Origin: Eledone cirrhosa
Lineage: Eukaryota
DNA: 64,000 nucleotides
Reading direction: 5' to 3'
Assembly: GCA_964016885.1 (NCBI GenBank)
Contig: OZ024757.1
Coordinates: 4,712,001 to 4,776,000, forward strand
The position numbers and the translations under genes are program-made. Positions 29,093-45,084 of this stretch are shown piece after piece. Within the stretch, counting starts at the first letter, position 1; every line of letters begins with the position of its first letter. Under the pieces are notes generated by a model. The model was not told where the DNA came from and did no database searches. It was given only the letters and a program-made list of their open reading frames with translations.

Positions 29093-31862
29093 GTTCTGCT
29101 CACAATTATTGCTGTATATATCACTTCGCTAGCTTCCACAACACATTTTGTTTTTTTTACCCTCGTTTTTTCTACCATGCTGCCTCTCTATCTGTCTATT
29201 TTGCCATCAGATGCTACAGGCCATGACTTGGCTACCTACCTCACAATTTCCCTCCCACCCACCCTAGCTTATTCGACCAATGAAACCTCAGCATGCCCCC
29301 CCCCCCCACTACCAACCCTAACAAACCCTGCCATTTCTACTACTACCTAACTCTCTCCTCCCCCGTCCCAGCCCAACACACCCTGCCATTATTACCACCA
29401 CCACTGTTCTTCTAGCCCTGAATTTTCCTACTGTTATGTATGGATGAGCTGAGAATAAATTGGAGCAACTCTGAATTAACAGATGAAAATGAATATGAAT
29501 CTGCAAGCTACCAAGCATCCATGTAAAGCTCCAATTCAGAGACAGGAAGCACACACACACCTCTGCAAAAATCGACCCTTCCCTACGAATGTCGACAAAT
29601 GCCCAAAACTCCGAGTTGGTACCATCAATGTAAGCGCAATGAAAGGAAGAGCAGGAGAAATCGTAGAGATGCTAGAGTGAAAGGAAATTGATGTATGCTG
29701 TGTGCAAGAGACTAGATGGAGAGGAGAGTCTGCTAGAGTCCTTGTAGGAAAAAGTCAGTGCTACAAATTGTTCTGGGTGGGAAATGATGATTGGATGGGT
29801 GGTGTAGGTATACTACTAGCTGACAAGTGGGTAGATAAAGTAATCTCAGTGTACAGGGTAAATGCAAGAATCATTAAACTCAGACTAGTCCTGAATAAAA
29901 CAATTACCACAATAATATCAGCTTACGCACCCCAATCGGGGTTGCCAGACGAACTTAAGGATAGGTTTTACGTGTCCCTAATGCACAATGCTGCTCTAAC
30001 AAACGACAATGACTTCCTAAACATCACAGGAGATTTTAACGGACACGTAGGTAAACACTGTGACGGCTTCAATAGAGTCCATGGGGTTGGCACAAGAAAT
30101 GAAGAAGGATTCAGACTTCTAGAATTCTGCGACGCCAATGACATGTCGATATGTAACACAAAACTTAAAAAAACCCGACAACACCTGATCACCTATAGAT
30201 CAGGAGAGCATTCTAGTCAGATAGATTTTAACCTCATCAGAGGACGTGAAAGATGGACGGTCGTAAACACAAAAGCCTTCCCTAGTGAGGAATGTACCTC
30301 CCAACATAGCTTAGTTGTCAGCGACCTCACGGTCAGAACTAGACGAACCTGGAAACAGAGGCCAACCTGGAGAAGAAAGATCTGGAAGCTGAAAGACCCC
30401 TCAGCCAGTAACAGATTTAAAGATATTTTACTCAACGCCTACGACAGTAAAGAAGAACAGATAGAGACATTCAATGTAGAAGAGCACTGGGAGTTCCTAA
30501 AAAATAACTTACTAGAGGCGACAGATGAGGTTTGTGGCTGGAGTAAGACCACAAGCAAGAGGAGAGTGACTTGGGGGTGGAACAATAAGGTAGATGAGGC
30601 AGTTAAGGCCAAGAGCCAGGCATGGAAAGAATGGAAGAACGGGGGGAAGCAGGGTACATTATATAGAGACCAAGAAGGAAGCTAGGAGTCAAGTATACTT
30701 AGCTAGGAGGGAAGCAGAGGATAGAAAATTCAAGCATGTTTTGCAACGTGAGGACCAGAAACAGGTGTTCAAGATTGCGAGGCTGTGTGTAAGAGAGAAT
30801 TGTGATGTCATTCGAGAGAAGTGTATCCGGAATGATAAAGGTGAGCTTGCCCTCACAAGTGCTGAGAAGAAAGATGCATGGAAGAGCCATTATGATAGAC
30901 TACTAATTGAGGAGAATGCATGGGAAGAAGAGACCCTACCCCAAGTAGACCCTATAGAGGGGCCAGCAGTACAAGTCAGTAGCAGCGTAGTAAGTAAGGC
31001 AATCAAAGATATGAAGATGGGGAAGGCAACCGGTCCATCGGATATAGCTGCCGAGATGCTGAAGGCATCTAGGTCTGTAGGTCACACTATAACCACACGT
31101 ATTGTTAACTAGGTAATACTAGAAGGTGTCATACCAAAAGATTGGTGCAGTAGCATCATTGTTAACTGCTACAAAGGTAAAGGTGGTGCACTAGATAGAG
31201 GAAACTATAGAGGTATAAAGCTGATGGACCAGGTCATGAAAGTAACAGAAAGAGTTATAGCACAGTTGATTAGGGACCGGGTGAAACTAGATGAGATGCA
31301 ATTTGGGTTTGTACCAGGAAGAGGCACCACTGATGCCATCTTCCTTGTGAGGCAGTTACAGGAAAAGTACCTAGCTAAAAGTAAGCCACTCTACCTGGCA
31401 ATCGTCGATCTCGAGAAAGCCTTTGACAGAGTTCCACGTGCTATAATCTGGTGGGCTCTTAGAAAACTAGGAGTAGATGAATGGCTTGTGAACGCTGTAC
31501 AAGCTATGTATAGGGGAGCAGTCAGCAAAGTTAGGATTAGCAATGAGTATAGTGAGGAATTTAGCATACAGGTTGGTGTCCACTAGGGCTCTGTTCTTAG
31601 CCCTCTCCTGTTCATCATAGTCCTGCAGGCAATAACGGAGAAGTTTAAGACCGGATGCCCATGGGAACTGCTGTATGCAGATAACCTCGCACTTATAGCT
31701 GAAACTATGGTAGAACTAGAGAAGAAATTCCAAACTTGGAAGCAGGGACTAGAAAGAAAGGGTCTCAAAGTCAACATGACAAAGACTAAGGTCCTTGTAA
31801 GTAGACGAGAAAACAGAACCCAGATCCCCTCAGGGAAATGGCCTTGCTCAGTATGTAGGAAA
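29093..31862 (+). mobile_element. PHD-RTE subfamily a with 5' region and APE; 3' part lost
   Basis: LRVGTINV, VQETRW, SAYAPQ, GDFNGHVG and RT motifs; ends abruptly at WPCSVCRK. The 5' boundary is approximate. Confidence 0.9.
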
Positions 31863-32931
31863 TGTGACTTTGCTTTAACAAGAACAACTCTACTAGCTCC
31901 CTAGTAAGAGCGATCCCAAAGAAATTTAAAAGAAAAGAAAAGCGAACTTTTTGTTAAAAGAAAAGAAACAATTCTTTCTTTCTTCCTTTTTTTTTTTCAG
32001 GCATTTATTTTGGACATTTATTTTTTTTAAACTGTATTATATGGAAATTCATTTTTTTTTTATCATTGTATATATGACTGCATCATTTTCTTTATCATTG
32101 TATATATGACTGCACCCACACATTTATTTTCTGTATTACATGCCTGCATATGCACACATTTCTTTGTCACCCACCAACATGTTGTTCTTAGTATATGTTC
32201 TTCAAACGTAATATTCTGCGAGATCCCTTTTCACCTAGTTGAGGTGCCGTCACATGCTAGCGAATCATAGAGCTTAATTCACCTGGAATCAAACAGGCAC
32301 CACAACACGAGAATGCTAATTGCAGCTGAACTCAAACAGTTTCACATCTCGTTGCACACTCATCGTCCGTAACAACCTCCATCTTGTTACCTTACCCGAC
32401 TCTCTGGGAAAACAACAAATAGAACTGGACTTGTCAGCATTTCCCCCACTTCTGTGGATTCGCCGGAATTATGGAATTTACACTGCAACTACTACCCACC
32501 TACAGATTCAACTTGCTTTTTTCTTTTCAAAGCAACCAGCAATTTTTTCCTGGCTGCCTAGCACTTTCGGCAATACATCTGGGAGGCCGACATTTTCTCG
32601 CCTACCCATCATCTTCTTGCCAGCACTGGTAAACTACCATAATAGCTTCATCCACAGCTACTGGTACAACAGTTACCATTAACATTTAATGCAAGAACAG
32701 CAACTTCGCTCATGTCAGACTTTATCCGTTTTCTGTTAGACCTTTGGTGGTCACGTATAAACTACAAAACAGCTAGTCATTTGACACAGCAGCTCAACAC
32801 GGCCCTTAGCGCCTCATTTTTTTTCTTGCATGCATCCTTCTGCTCAATTATTTTTTCATTGATGTGCTCTTTCAGCATTTTTTCATGCTGATTCAATAAT
32901 CTGTATCGTCTTCCGTCTAGAGGGGGAGTAT

Positions 32932-33240
32932 TGTAGTGACCTACATTCCGCGGGCTCACATACATTCTCTGTGCGTGATTTGGCTCAGCTCAACCAATCA
33001 TCGCCAGTAGAAGAGGATGTATCCCTACGCACCCTGAGGGAGAAATTCCCCGCGAAGATTTGAAGAATCTCTCTCTCGCACTCGGAACTTCGAACCAGCA
33101 ACACGTACATGTGACGGTGAGATTTTGCACTTTGGCCTGCCGGCTTTCCTTGGGCCTGGCACAATGGCACATTCCCTTTTGTAACCTCATTTTATGTGTA
33201 ACTTCACCCATACAAGTCAACAAACATTATTTGTGCTACA
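32932..33240 (+). mobile_element. Probable 3' LTR of an LTR retrotransposon, preceded by a polypurine tract
   Basis: agagggggagta (32919-32930), then TGTAG...CTACA termini; no partner LTR in the window. Confidence 0.5.
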
Positions 33241-33989
33241 ACAAAAGTAAACATACATTTCATCTCTAATTTCTGCTGTTGACATCATTATTATGTTACT
33301 CGTGTCTCAATAACATTTAACTGAATCTGAGCTTTCCCGCCTCTGGGACAAGCCGTGGTAACTTGTTTACGCTCAAGAGACTAACCCCTTGGGAGAGGCT
33401 AAACACAGGTCAGAGGTGTTTACGCCTGACAGAAAATAGGTCAGAGGATATATCCATTCTTTCTGACTTGTTTACGCTTGGCAAAGTAATCCCTTGGGAG
33501 ACTAACCAAAGTTCAGAGGATATATCTATCCTTCTAACTTCAACTCTTATAAATACAGGGATTGTTTACGCCTCGAACAGAAAAGAAGTGATATACAGAC
33601 AAGACAAGTTGCATTTACAAGCTCTTGTCACGAAAAACCAGTCTGCCACTTATTCTCACCTTCCTGGCTGGTTGCTGACTCCTGCAATACAGGCACACAC
33701 GCATTCATAGTGAGTTCAGCATTTGTACATGCACCATTCATTTCTGTTTACACATATTATAATCGTATTCTGTGATACTTGAATTTACGTGGCTCGAAGA
33801 GCCACCAAATTATTGTATGAATATTTTGTGTCATTGATTTTATCATTCAATATTCAAATTGAATATTGTTATAATAAAATAAACTTTGTAACAACACAAT
33901 CCTGGTATTTTTCTTTACATCGAAACCACCATACCAACAGTTACATCCATCCATCCACTTATCGTTACAACCACACATAATATTCCGTT

Positions 33990-36243
33990 ACAAATGTACT
34001 TCGCAAGAAGGGAAGCAGAGGAAAGAAAGTTCAAGCATGTTCTACAACGCGAGGACCAAAAACGTGACGTGTTCAGGATTGCTAGGCAATGTGTCAAGGA
34101 AAACCGTGATATTGTCAGGGAGAAGTGTGCCCTTAATGATGATGGTGTATTTGCCATCACTGACGCTGATAAGAAGGTAGCTTGGAAGTGTCACTACGAA
34201 AGGCTACTAAATGAGGTGTTAGTCGAAGGTAGTATAATAAGTAAGGCAATCAGAGATATGAAGACGGGTAAGGCGGCTGGGCCTTCGGAAATAGTTGCTG
34301 AAAAGCTGAAAACTTCTGGAACAGTGGGACACACCATGGTCATCCAGATAGTAAACCAAGTCATACAGAATGGGGTTGTTCCGAAGGACTGGCGTAGCAT
34401 CATCATCATTAACTGCTACAAGAGTAAAGGAGATGCTCTAGATAGGGGTAACATTAAATTAATCGACCAGGTCATGAAGGTCACAGAAAAAGTAATAGCG
34501 CAACTAATCAGAGAGCGAATTGATCTAGATGAAATGCAGTTCGGGTTTGTCAGGTAAAAGTACCACAGACGCTCTTTTCATTGTACGACAACTACAGGAG
34601 AAGTACCTAGCTAAAAGTAAACCCCTGTACTTAGCTTTTGTCGACTTGGAGAAAGCCTTTGACAGAGTCTCCCGTTCCATTATCTGGTGGGCTCTTAGAA
34701 AACTAGGTGTTGATGAATGGCTTGTGAGAGCTATACAAGCCATGTATAAAGAAACAGTCAGCAAGGTTAGAATTAACAACGAATATAGTGAAGAGTTTAG
34801 CGTAAAAGTTGGTGTTCATCAGGGCTCCGTTCTTAGCCTCCTACTATTTATTATTGCCCTTCAGGCTATAACAGTGAAGTTCAAGACCGGCTGCCCATGG
34901 GAACTCCTATACGCAGATGATCTAACGCTCATAGCTGAATCAATGGCTGAACTAGAGAAGAAATTCCAAACATGGAAGCATGGCCTAGAATCAAAAGGCC
35001 TTAAAATTAACCTGTCTAAGACTAAAGTTCTAGTTTGTAGAAAGGAAAATAGGGCACCGGTCCCATCTGGGAAATGGCCATGCTCAGTGTGTAGGAAAGG
35101 AGTAGGCAGAAACTCCATTTTATGTCCCAAATGCAAACTATGGGTGCATAAAAGATGTAGTGGGATCACAGGTAAGCTAACTAAGAATATAGATTTTATA
35201 TGTGGCCGGTGCTCTGGTGCAATAAGTAGCAGCAAGTGCCCACAGAATACTAGCTCATTCCATTGCACAGATGATTCTATAGAAATAGTGGACACATTCC
35301 GTTACTTGGGTGACAAAATCAGCAGTGGTGGAGGGTGCTCTGAAAGTACAGTAGCTAGAGTCAAAACTGGATGGAAAAAGTTCAGAGAGCTTATACCACT
35401 ATTGGCCACTAAAGGTTTCTCTCTAAAGATGAAAGGCAGGCTGTATGATGCCTGCATACGAACAACAATGTTACATGGCAGTGAGACATGGGCACAGTGT
35501 GCAGAGGACCTGCGCAGACTGGAGAGGAACGAAGCTTGCATGCTCCGCTGGATGTGTAATAGTAATATACGTGAACGGCAAAGCATAAACGAACTAAGGG
35601 AAAAATTAGAAATAAGAGGGATCAGATGCTGTTTACTCGAGAGAAGACTACGTTGGTATCGTCATGAAAGACGACAGCTGTATAAAAAAGTGCAGGGCAA
35701 TAAAAATAGACGGTAGCCACGGAGTAGGCAGACCCAGAAAAACCTGGGACGACTTGATAAATTCTGACCTCACACACTTACACTTCTCCAAGACAATGTC
35801 ACTGGACCGAGATCTTTGGCGCTACACAGTAATACAGAAGACCTGCCTTACCTATGTACAAAGTGAAACCTACTACATCCAGTAGGCACCTCTAACAAAA
35901 ATTCACCCCCGTCCCACTACCCCCACCCCATCCACACCACCCCTTTCGATGTAAAGTTATGTTGGTACCACAACATCCAGTTCGAAACAAATGAGGTCGT
36001 GTAGGTGTCACGACAAAAAAGCACCCAGTCCACGCTGTAATGTGGTCGTGTAGGTAACACGGTAAAAACCTCTCAGTCCACACTGTAAACGTGGTTGGTG
36101 TTAGGAAGGGCATCCAGCCATAGAAAACCTGCCAGACATTCCTATGCGAGCAAGACAACCACTCTTGCCTCAAGTGGGAAAACTCCCATCCAAACCCATG
36201 CAAGCGTGGAAGATGGACGTTAAACGATGATGAGGATGATGAT
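33990..36243 (+). mobile_element. PHD-RTE subfamily b-like copy with internal deletions and frameshifts
   Basis: RT motifs, C4HC3 insert, 3' UTR and (GAT)n tail. Confidence 0.95.
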
Positions 36244-36410
36244 ATATATACACATACATACATATATATATATATACACATACATACATATATATACACA
36301 TACATATATTTATATATATATATACAGATACATACATACATATATATATACACATACATATATATATACACATACATATATATATACACATACATATATA
36401 TATATACACA

Positions 36411-38031
36411 TAACTTTGAATAACTTTGAAATGTTTTGGCCAGTATTGGCCCAGGCCATGTCTAACTTAATAGCACCACCTGGCGAAGTCTTTCAATTCA
36501 GGATTTGGGCACCATGGCCCATTCGAGAAGAGAATTACTGTTTGCGGAGACATATCCGGGTGTGGGTGGTTTGTCCGGGATTACTTGGAGGAATTTGTCC
36601 AAAGACTTCTTGAATTTTGAGTGGTCAGTTTCTGTTTTGACGTGTCCTGGTGTGATGTTGAAGAGAGCAGGGCCGATTGAGGTGAAATAATTGTGCCGTA
36701 TTGTTGTTATGAGTTGCGATTTAGATTTTTGAATGGGACGGATAGCACGGGGCCCAAGCCTTGGGTGTATCTTGAAGGCGATGCCAACATCATTTGGGCA
36801 GTGATGATGGAACATTTTCCACATCATGCAGATAATATAACGCTCACGGCGACGTTGGAGTGAGTAAAGTTTCAGGTTTTCCAATCGACCCCAGTAGTCA
36901 AGGTCTGACATGCCATCTATCTTTTTCGTGATTGCCCTTTGAGGAGCTTCAAGTTTCATGATACTTTGTTTCGTGTGGGGAGACCACAGTGGACAACAGT
37001 ATTCAAGGTGTGGTCGGGCGAAAGTAGAGAAGAGAAGGATAATGGTGCGGGAATCTCTCGACTGGAAGGTTCTGAGGATCCAGGAACACATTCTGCGGGC
37101 CATGTCAACTTTGCTGCTTATATGCGTGGTCCAGCTTATGTTGCTGTCCACGGTTACTCCCAAGTCTCTGATGTTGTTAGATGCCACGAGAGTTTCCCCG
37201 GAGGGAAGGGAGTACGGGAGTTTCAGAGCATCCTCTTTTCCAAAGTGGATCAGTTCGAATTTGTCCTCGTTCAGTAACATGTTGTTCTTTTCTGCCCATT
37301 GGGTAACAGCCAGTAGGTCTGACTGAAGGCTTATCCGGTCATCCACGCCATTGATGACCTTTTGGAGCTTGGAATCATCAGCGAAAATTTTAATGTTGCT
37401 GTGTTTGATGATGTCAGTGATGTCATTAATATAGATGATGAAGAGAAGTGGGCCCAACACAGTGCCTTGTGGGACTCCACTACTGACTTTGGCTGGGCTT
37501 GATTTGACTCCCTCAACTACAACATGTTGGGTTCTGTTTGACAGGAAGCTCTTGATCCACTGCAGCAGCTTTCCAGTGACACCAATATTGGACAGCTTTC
37601 TCAGTAGAATGTTATGATCAACCCTGTCAAAGGCCTTGCTGAAATCAAGGTAGATAACATCAGTGTTGGAACCCTCTCCCAAGGCTCTCAAAATGTCATC
37701 AAAGTGATGCAGTAGTTGCGTCAGGCAATCCCTTCCATTACGGAATCCATGCTGGTTGGAGTTCAGCATATTGTTACTCTCAAGGAAGTGGGTCATTCGC
37801 GATCTCACCACTCGCTCAAATACCTTAATGATATGAGAGGTGAGTGAGATTGGACGGTAATTCACGGCATGGGATTTGTTTCCCTTTTTGAAAACTGGGA
37901 CAACAGACTGGGATAGAAGGTTTTCTGGCACATATCCAGCATCCAGTGAGTTCCGCCACAGATTGGCAAGAGGAGAAGCAAGTTGGTGTTGACACGCCTT
38001 CAGGACACAAGCAGGGAACCTATCGGGACCT
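36411..38031 (-). mobile_element. CR1-group LINE, near-identical to 20273-22212, 5'-truncated
   Basis: The translation differs at only a few residues; same tail. Confidence 0.93.
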
Positions 38032-38626
38032 ATATATACACATTCATATATATATATACATATACATACATACATATATATTTACACATACATACATACA
38101 TATATATATACACATACATATATACATATATATATATACACATACATATATACATATATATATACATACATATATACACATACATACATACATATATATA
38201 TACATACATATATACATATATATATACACATACATATATACATATATATATATACACATACATATATACATATATATATACACATACATATATACATATA
38301 TATATACACATACATATATACATATATATATACACATACATATATACATATATATATACACATACATATATACATATATATATATACACATACATATATA
38401 CATATATATATATACACATACATATATACATATATATATACACATACATACATACATATATATACACATACATACATATATACATACACACATACATACA
38501 TACATACATATATATACACATACATACATATATATATATATGTATACACGTACATACATATATACACATACATACATATATATACACATACATACATACA
38601 TATATATATACCCATACATACATATA

Positions 38627-39233
38627 TGGTGGCTGCCAACTCGTTTTCGAGTATGGCCACTACTTTATATCCATGTAGGAGAACCCCTATCGATGCGCTA
38701 AACAAGTGTGACTTTTTAGTCCAGCCAGCGACTTGAAAACTCTGGTACAAACACTACACCTGTGACAATTATTGACACATAGTGCTGGGCCCATGGTACC
38801 ATGTGACGACAAGTGCAGAGAGATCTCCAGATATAAAGCAATGCCTGTGCCGTGAAGCTTTTATAGTGAGCAAAGGCACTGCACAAAGCCAGTCCCACTC
38901 TCTTAACCAAGATTATATTTACCAAAAAGAAAAACAAGTCAACATCATTGGATACCATCAGGGCTGCAGGTGTTATATCAGAGTTTTCCTTCTCCTAGAA
39001 TTCTGCTTGACAAAGGCTAAGGGGTCATCTCTCCCGGTAATTTTGGATGGCCATTGACTCTTAAGAGCTCCTTTGCCCTTTGACAGGTTTTGTTTTTAGT
39101 CCTGCAGGATGTCGAAAGTCACCCTCCTCACCAAGAAACCTTGGTGGGGTTGCCAGTTTATTCGCCAACCACCCGACCGTTAGACAGGCTGTACTGGGAT
39201 ACATGTTACCAGTAGCACTAACTGGTGACCTGA
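38627..39233 (-). mobile_element. Family A RTE-derived non-autonomous element, full length
   Basis: Colinear with 3545-4153 end to end; flanked by TA/TACA tracts. Confidence 0.87.
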
Positions 39234-39347
39234 CATATATATATATACATACATACATACATACATACAATATATATATATACACATACATACATATATA
39301 TATATACATACAATATATATATACATACATACATATATATATACATA

Positions 39348-39379
<32 letters not shown>

Positions 39380-39472
39380 CATACATATACATACATACAT
39401 ATATATATATATACATACATATATATATATACATACATATATATATATACATACATACATATATATATATAC

Positions 39473-39506
<34 letters not shown>

Positions 39507-39572
39507 ACATACATATATATATATACATACATACATATATATATATACATACATACATATATATATATATAC

Positions 39573-39606
<34 letters not shown>

Positions 39607-39675
39607 ATACATACATATATATATATACATACATACATATATATATATACATACATATATATATATACATACATA

Positions 39676-39716
<41 letters not shown>

Positions 39717-39765
39717 ACATACATATATATATATACATACATACATATATATATATACATACATA

Positions 39766-39797
<32 letters not shown>

Positions 39798-39848
39798 CAT
39801 ATATATATATACATACATATATATATATACATACATATATATATATAC

Positions 39849-39887
<39 letters not shown>

Positions 39888-39893
39888 CATATA

Positions 39894-39934
<41 letters not shown>

Positions 39935-39960
39935 ACATACATACATATATATATATATAC

Positions 39961-39994
<34 letters not shown>

Positions 39995-40103
39995 ACATAC
40001 ATACATATATATATATACATACATACATATATATATACATACATACATATATACATACATACATATATACATACATACATATATATATACATACATACAT
40101 ACA

Positions 40104-40200
<97 letters not shown>

Positions 40201-40230
40201 GTATGTATATATATATGTATGTATGTATAT
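39234..40230. repeat. (TACA)n/(TA)n microsatellite
   Basis: Direct reading. Confidence 0.97.
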
Positions 40231-40620
40231 AAAACCAACCACGCATATCTTTACTATCTCTAATCCTTCTATAGATTTAGAAAAATAACCAAGAATATAT
40301 TCTATAAAAAATGTCAAAACAACAGATGGGAATCTAATTACTCACTGCCACCAAGAATTCTCACTGCTATCGAAAAACCACTCCTTCAACTATTCTTCTA
40401 ACAACTTCACCCGTCCCTCCTAATATTCTCTATAAAAACTAAATAGGTCCTCAGTAATATTATTCTGATGAAATGACAGTAAATAATAACATTGAAATAT
40501 TGAATGTCTGCATAACTAAAAGTTTGTAGATAGCAGCTGTTTTAGGTTATGTAACTGTTATAGAAACACGTGTCAATAAATTCCTTTCAACTAAACTGTA
40601 TCCATTCAAATCTTTCTATA
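40231..40620 (+). mobile_element. Solo 3' pseudo-LTR fragment of the PLE at 45860-49447
   Basis: Near-identical to 49075-49445. Confidence 0.88.
40460..40579 (+). ncRNA. Hammerhead motif with greatly enlarged stem II
   Basis: ttatt-CTGATGA-a-atgacagt...actgttat-a-GAAA-cacgtg-TC-aataa. Confidence 0.72.
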
Positions 40621-40644
40621 TATATATATATATATACGAGAGTA

Positions 40645-41031
40645 TTGAAGTTTGCTTGAAGCATTGTGGAACAATAAGTAAATATCTTTAAGTCGTTTGG
40701 AAGCCTCGACAATGCAAATGGGTAAATCTCCAGGTAACAAGGTCCGGTGGTGGAGAGAGAGATGTAAGTGGGTGTACGTTGAGATGCGTGGTGTGTATAA
40801 GATGTGTGAGATGTGTAGAATGAAGGGAAGAGTATAAAGGATAGAATAAAAATAACAACACAAGAGAGAGTTACCTTGGGAGAGATTTAATAGTCCCTAT
40901 ATATTTCTGATTTGCATCCATCAACTGGGGTTTTTTTCCGGGGTGGGGGAAAAGCTTGTCTGTCGGACAGGTCCGGAATGCGTCCTTCGCTGTTTGATGG
41001 ATGTGAATCCTAATATATAGGGACTATTAAA
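40645..41031 (-). mobile_element. Repeat related to 45254-45793 and 49773-50075, with a fold-back at 40884-41031
   Basis: Shared aagtttgcttgaagcattgtg end; tttaatagtccctatatatt pairs with aatatatagggactattaaa. Confidence 0.65.
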
Positions 41032-41439
41032 TAATAATGACATAAATGTAGTAAAGAATCATCTGTACTCTACCAACATGCTAAAATAGAACACAAGGTA
41101 GAGAACATAGAAATAAAAATAGAATCTACACACAGAAAAGACGCAATGTTTAGACAAATTACAGAGGCAATAAACATAAAAGAATTACAACCAAAATTAA
41201 ATAGAAAATATGAGTGGAACAGCAACATCACAACTTACAATTAAGGACAAAATGAAAACACACATAGAACAAACAACCAACCAGTAACATGTAAATAAAC
41301 AAATAAATAAATGAACATAAACACACACAGACACCCGGATGTGGCGCATGCGCAGACTGAGCACACAACACACACACAGAAACAAAATGGCGTAGGACAG
41401 AACAAAGGAGAGGCACAGAAACAAAGAAAGGAATCTCCA

Positions 41440-41482
41440 GTCACTGAAGAGGTCACAGAGTGTGTGACGAAAGAACTATGAC
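41440..41482 (+). ncRNA. Minimal hammerhead motif
   Basis: gtca-CTGAAGA-g-gtcaca(gagtg)tgtgac-GAAA-gaac-TA-tgac. Confidence 0.6.
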
Positions 41483-41695
41483 AATATATAAACAACTATC
41501 TGGTTGTGGAACCAACCAACCAACCAGAAACTTATAAATTTATAAATTTATTATAAATTTATTATAATAAATTGAAGTGAAGGCAACTGGTGCGTGTGTT
41601 TCATATTGGCAACATGACCCTCCCAAAGTATAACAATATCGGTTTCGACACACGATTTCAGATAAAGAATCTTGCTAAACAAATTAAGAAACGAA

Positions 41696-43484
<1,789 letters not shown>

Positions 43485-43566
43485 ATATAAGTATATATAT
43501 ATATATATAAGTATATATATAAGTATATATATTATTATTATGTAATAAACAACATAAGGCAATTAT

Positions 43567-43624
43567 TCCATTTACCAGTGGTTTCTTAAAAGCAAAAGGT
43601 TTTGCTTTCAATCCTCAGAATGAA
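43567..43624 (-). ncRNA. Hammerhead motif (inverted copy of 45027-45084)
   Basis: Exact reverse complement. Confidence 0.75.
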
Positions 43625-43780
43625 AAAATCCTGGTTTGTTTATTGAATTTGGATTATAAAAACAAACGTTTATGTAAGGTTCATTTGTCTTTTCTAATAC
43701 TGAGTTTTACACATACACACATGTGTATGTGTGTGTGTATGTGTATGCATATGTGTATATGTACGTATATGTGTATATGC

Positions 43781-43828
<48 letters not shown>

Positions 43829-44014
43829 ATGTGTGTGTGTATTTATTTTTATGTATGTGTGTGTGTGGTTGTGTGTGTGTGTGTGTGTGTATTTGTATTT
43901 GGTTGTGCGTGTTTTTGATATATACGTATTTGCATGCGTATAATTGTTTAGCTATGTATGTATATGTGTGTTTACGTATATGTGTGTGTGTGTGCATTTA
44001 TATTTTTATATTTT

Positions 44015-44058
<44 letters not shown>

Positions 44059-44061
<3 letters not shown>

Positions 44062-44240
44062 GAATTTGATTCCTGAACCAGGCGATGCGTTATGTCCTTG
44101 AGCAAGACACTTTATTACACGTTGCTCCTTCTACCTGGAGTTGTGACCGATAGATAGTATTAGCAATTGGAAAGACCAACGGAAACATAGTTTCCTCGGT
44201 CCGATTTGACGAAAGTCGATCGACTAGAAAAAAAAAAAAA
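44059..44240 (+). mobile_element. 5'-truncated SINE fragment with A-tail
   Basis: B-box-like start and gtccttgagcaagacacttta shared with the SINE at 50109-50452. Confidence 0.65.
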
Positions 44241-44693
44241 TATATGTATGTGTGTGTGTATATAATTACATATACATGTGTGTGTGTGTTTATATTGTAT
44301 ACGTGTGCGTGTTTGTGTATGTATGTGTATCTATGTGTTTTTGTATTTGTTTATGTATATTTATGTGTGAGGGTGTGTGTATGTGTTTACTATTTCGTAC
44401 GTATGTATACGTGCTTTTGTGTGTATTACTTACCACGCGTGTCTGTCCTGTTAGCTGGGTCATGTATCGGTGTCAAAAATTTTTTAATATATATATATAT
44501 ATATTTTTTTCTTATATTTATTTGCGTGTGTGAATATGTAGAGGAGTGCATTCATGTATGTGTATGTATGTACGTTTTGTATGTTTGTGTGAATGTATGT
44601 ATGTGTATATATATGTGTGTGTGTATGGCTATGTTTGTGTATGTGTATGCTTGTACACACACATGTGTGTGTGTATGTGTATGTGTGTATATG

Positions 44694-44728
<35 letters not shown>

Positions 44729-45026
44729 ATGCGTGTGTGTGTATGTGTGTGTGTATATGTATTAATGTATGTATGTGTATATGTGTGTATATATGTGTAT
44801 GTGTGTGTACGTTTTATATATATGTGTATATGTATATATGTATGCGTACATATATATGTGTATATATGTATGTGTGTGTAAGTATGCTTTTGGGTTTTTT
44901 TGTGTGTGTGTTTGCATGTGTAGTTTTATTTTATTTTTCCTTTCCTTCTCCCTTCTCCAGCCTCACTTTCATATAGATTGCATTTTTGTTTTTATAATCC
45001 AAATTCAATAAACAAACCAGGATTTT

Positions 45027-45084
45027 TTCATTCTGAGGATTGAAAGCAAAACCTTTTGCTTTTAAGAAACCACTGGTAAATGGA
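45027..45084 (+). ncRNA. Type I hammerhead ribozyme motif
   Basis: ttcatt-CTGAGGA-ttgaaagcaaaa(cc)ttttgcttttaa-GAAA-ccactgg-TA-aatgga. Confidence 0.78.

Noticed and set aside
32985-33223. RTN4IP1 exon 2 candidate
   Set aside because: No frame gives a convincing FPLxLGRD/GVV match; it lies within an LTR-like segment.
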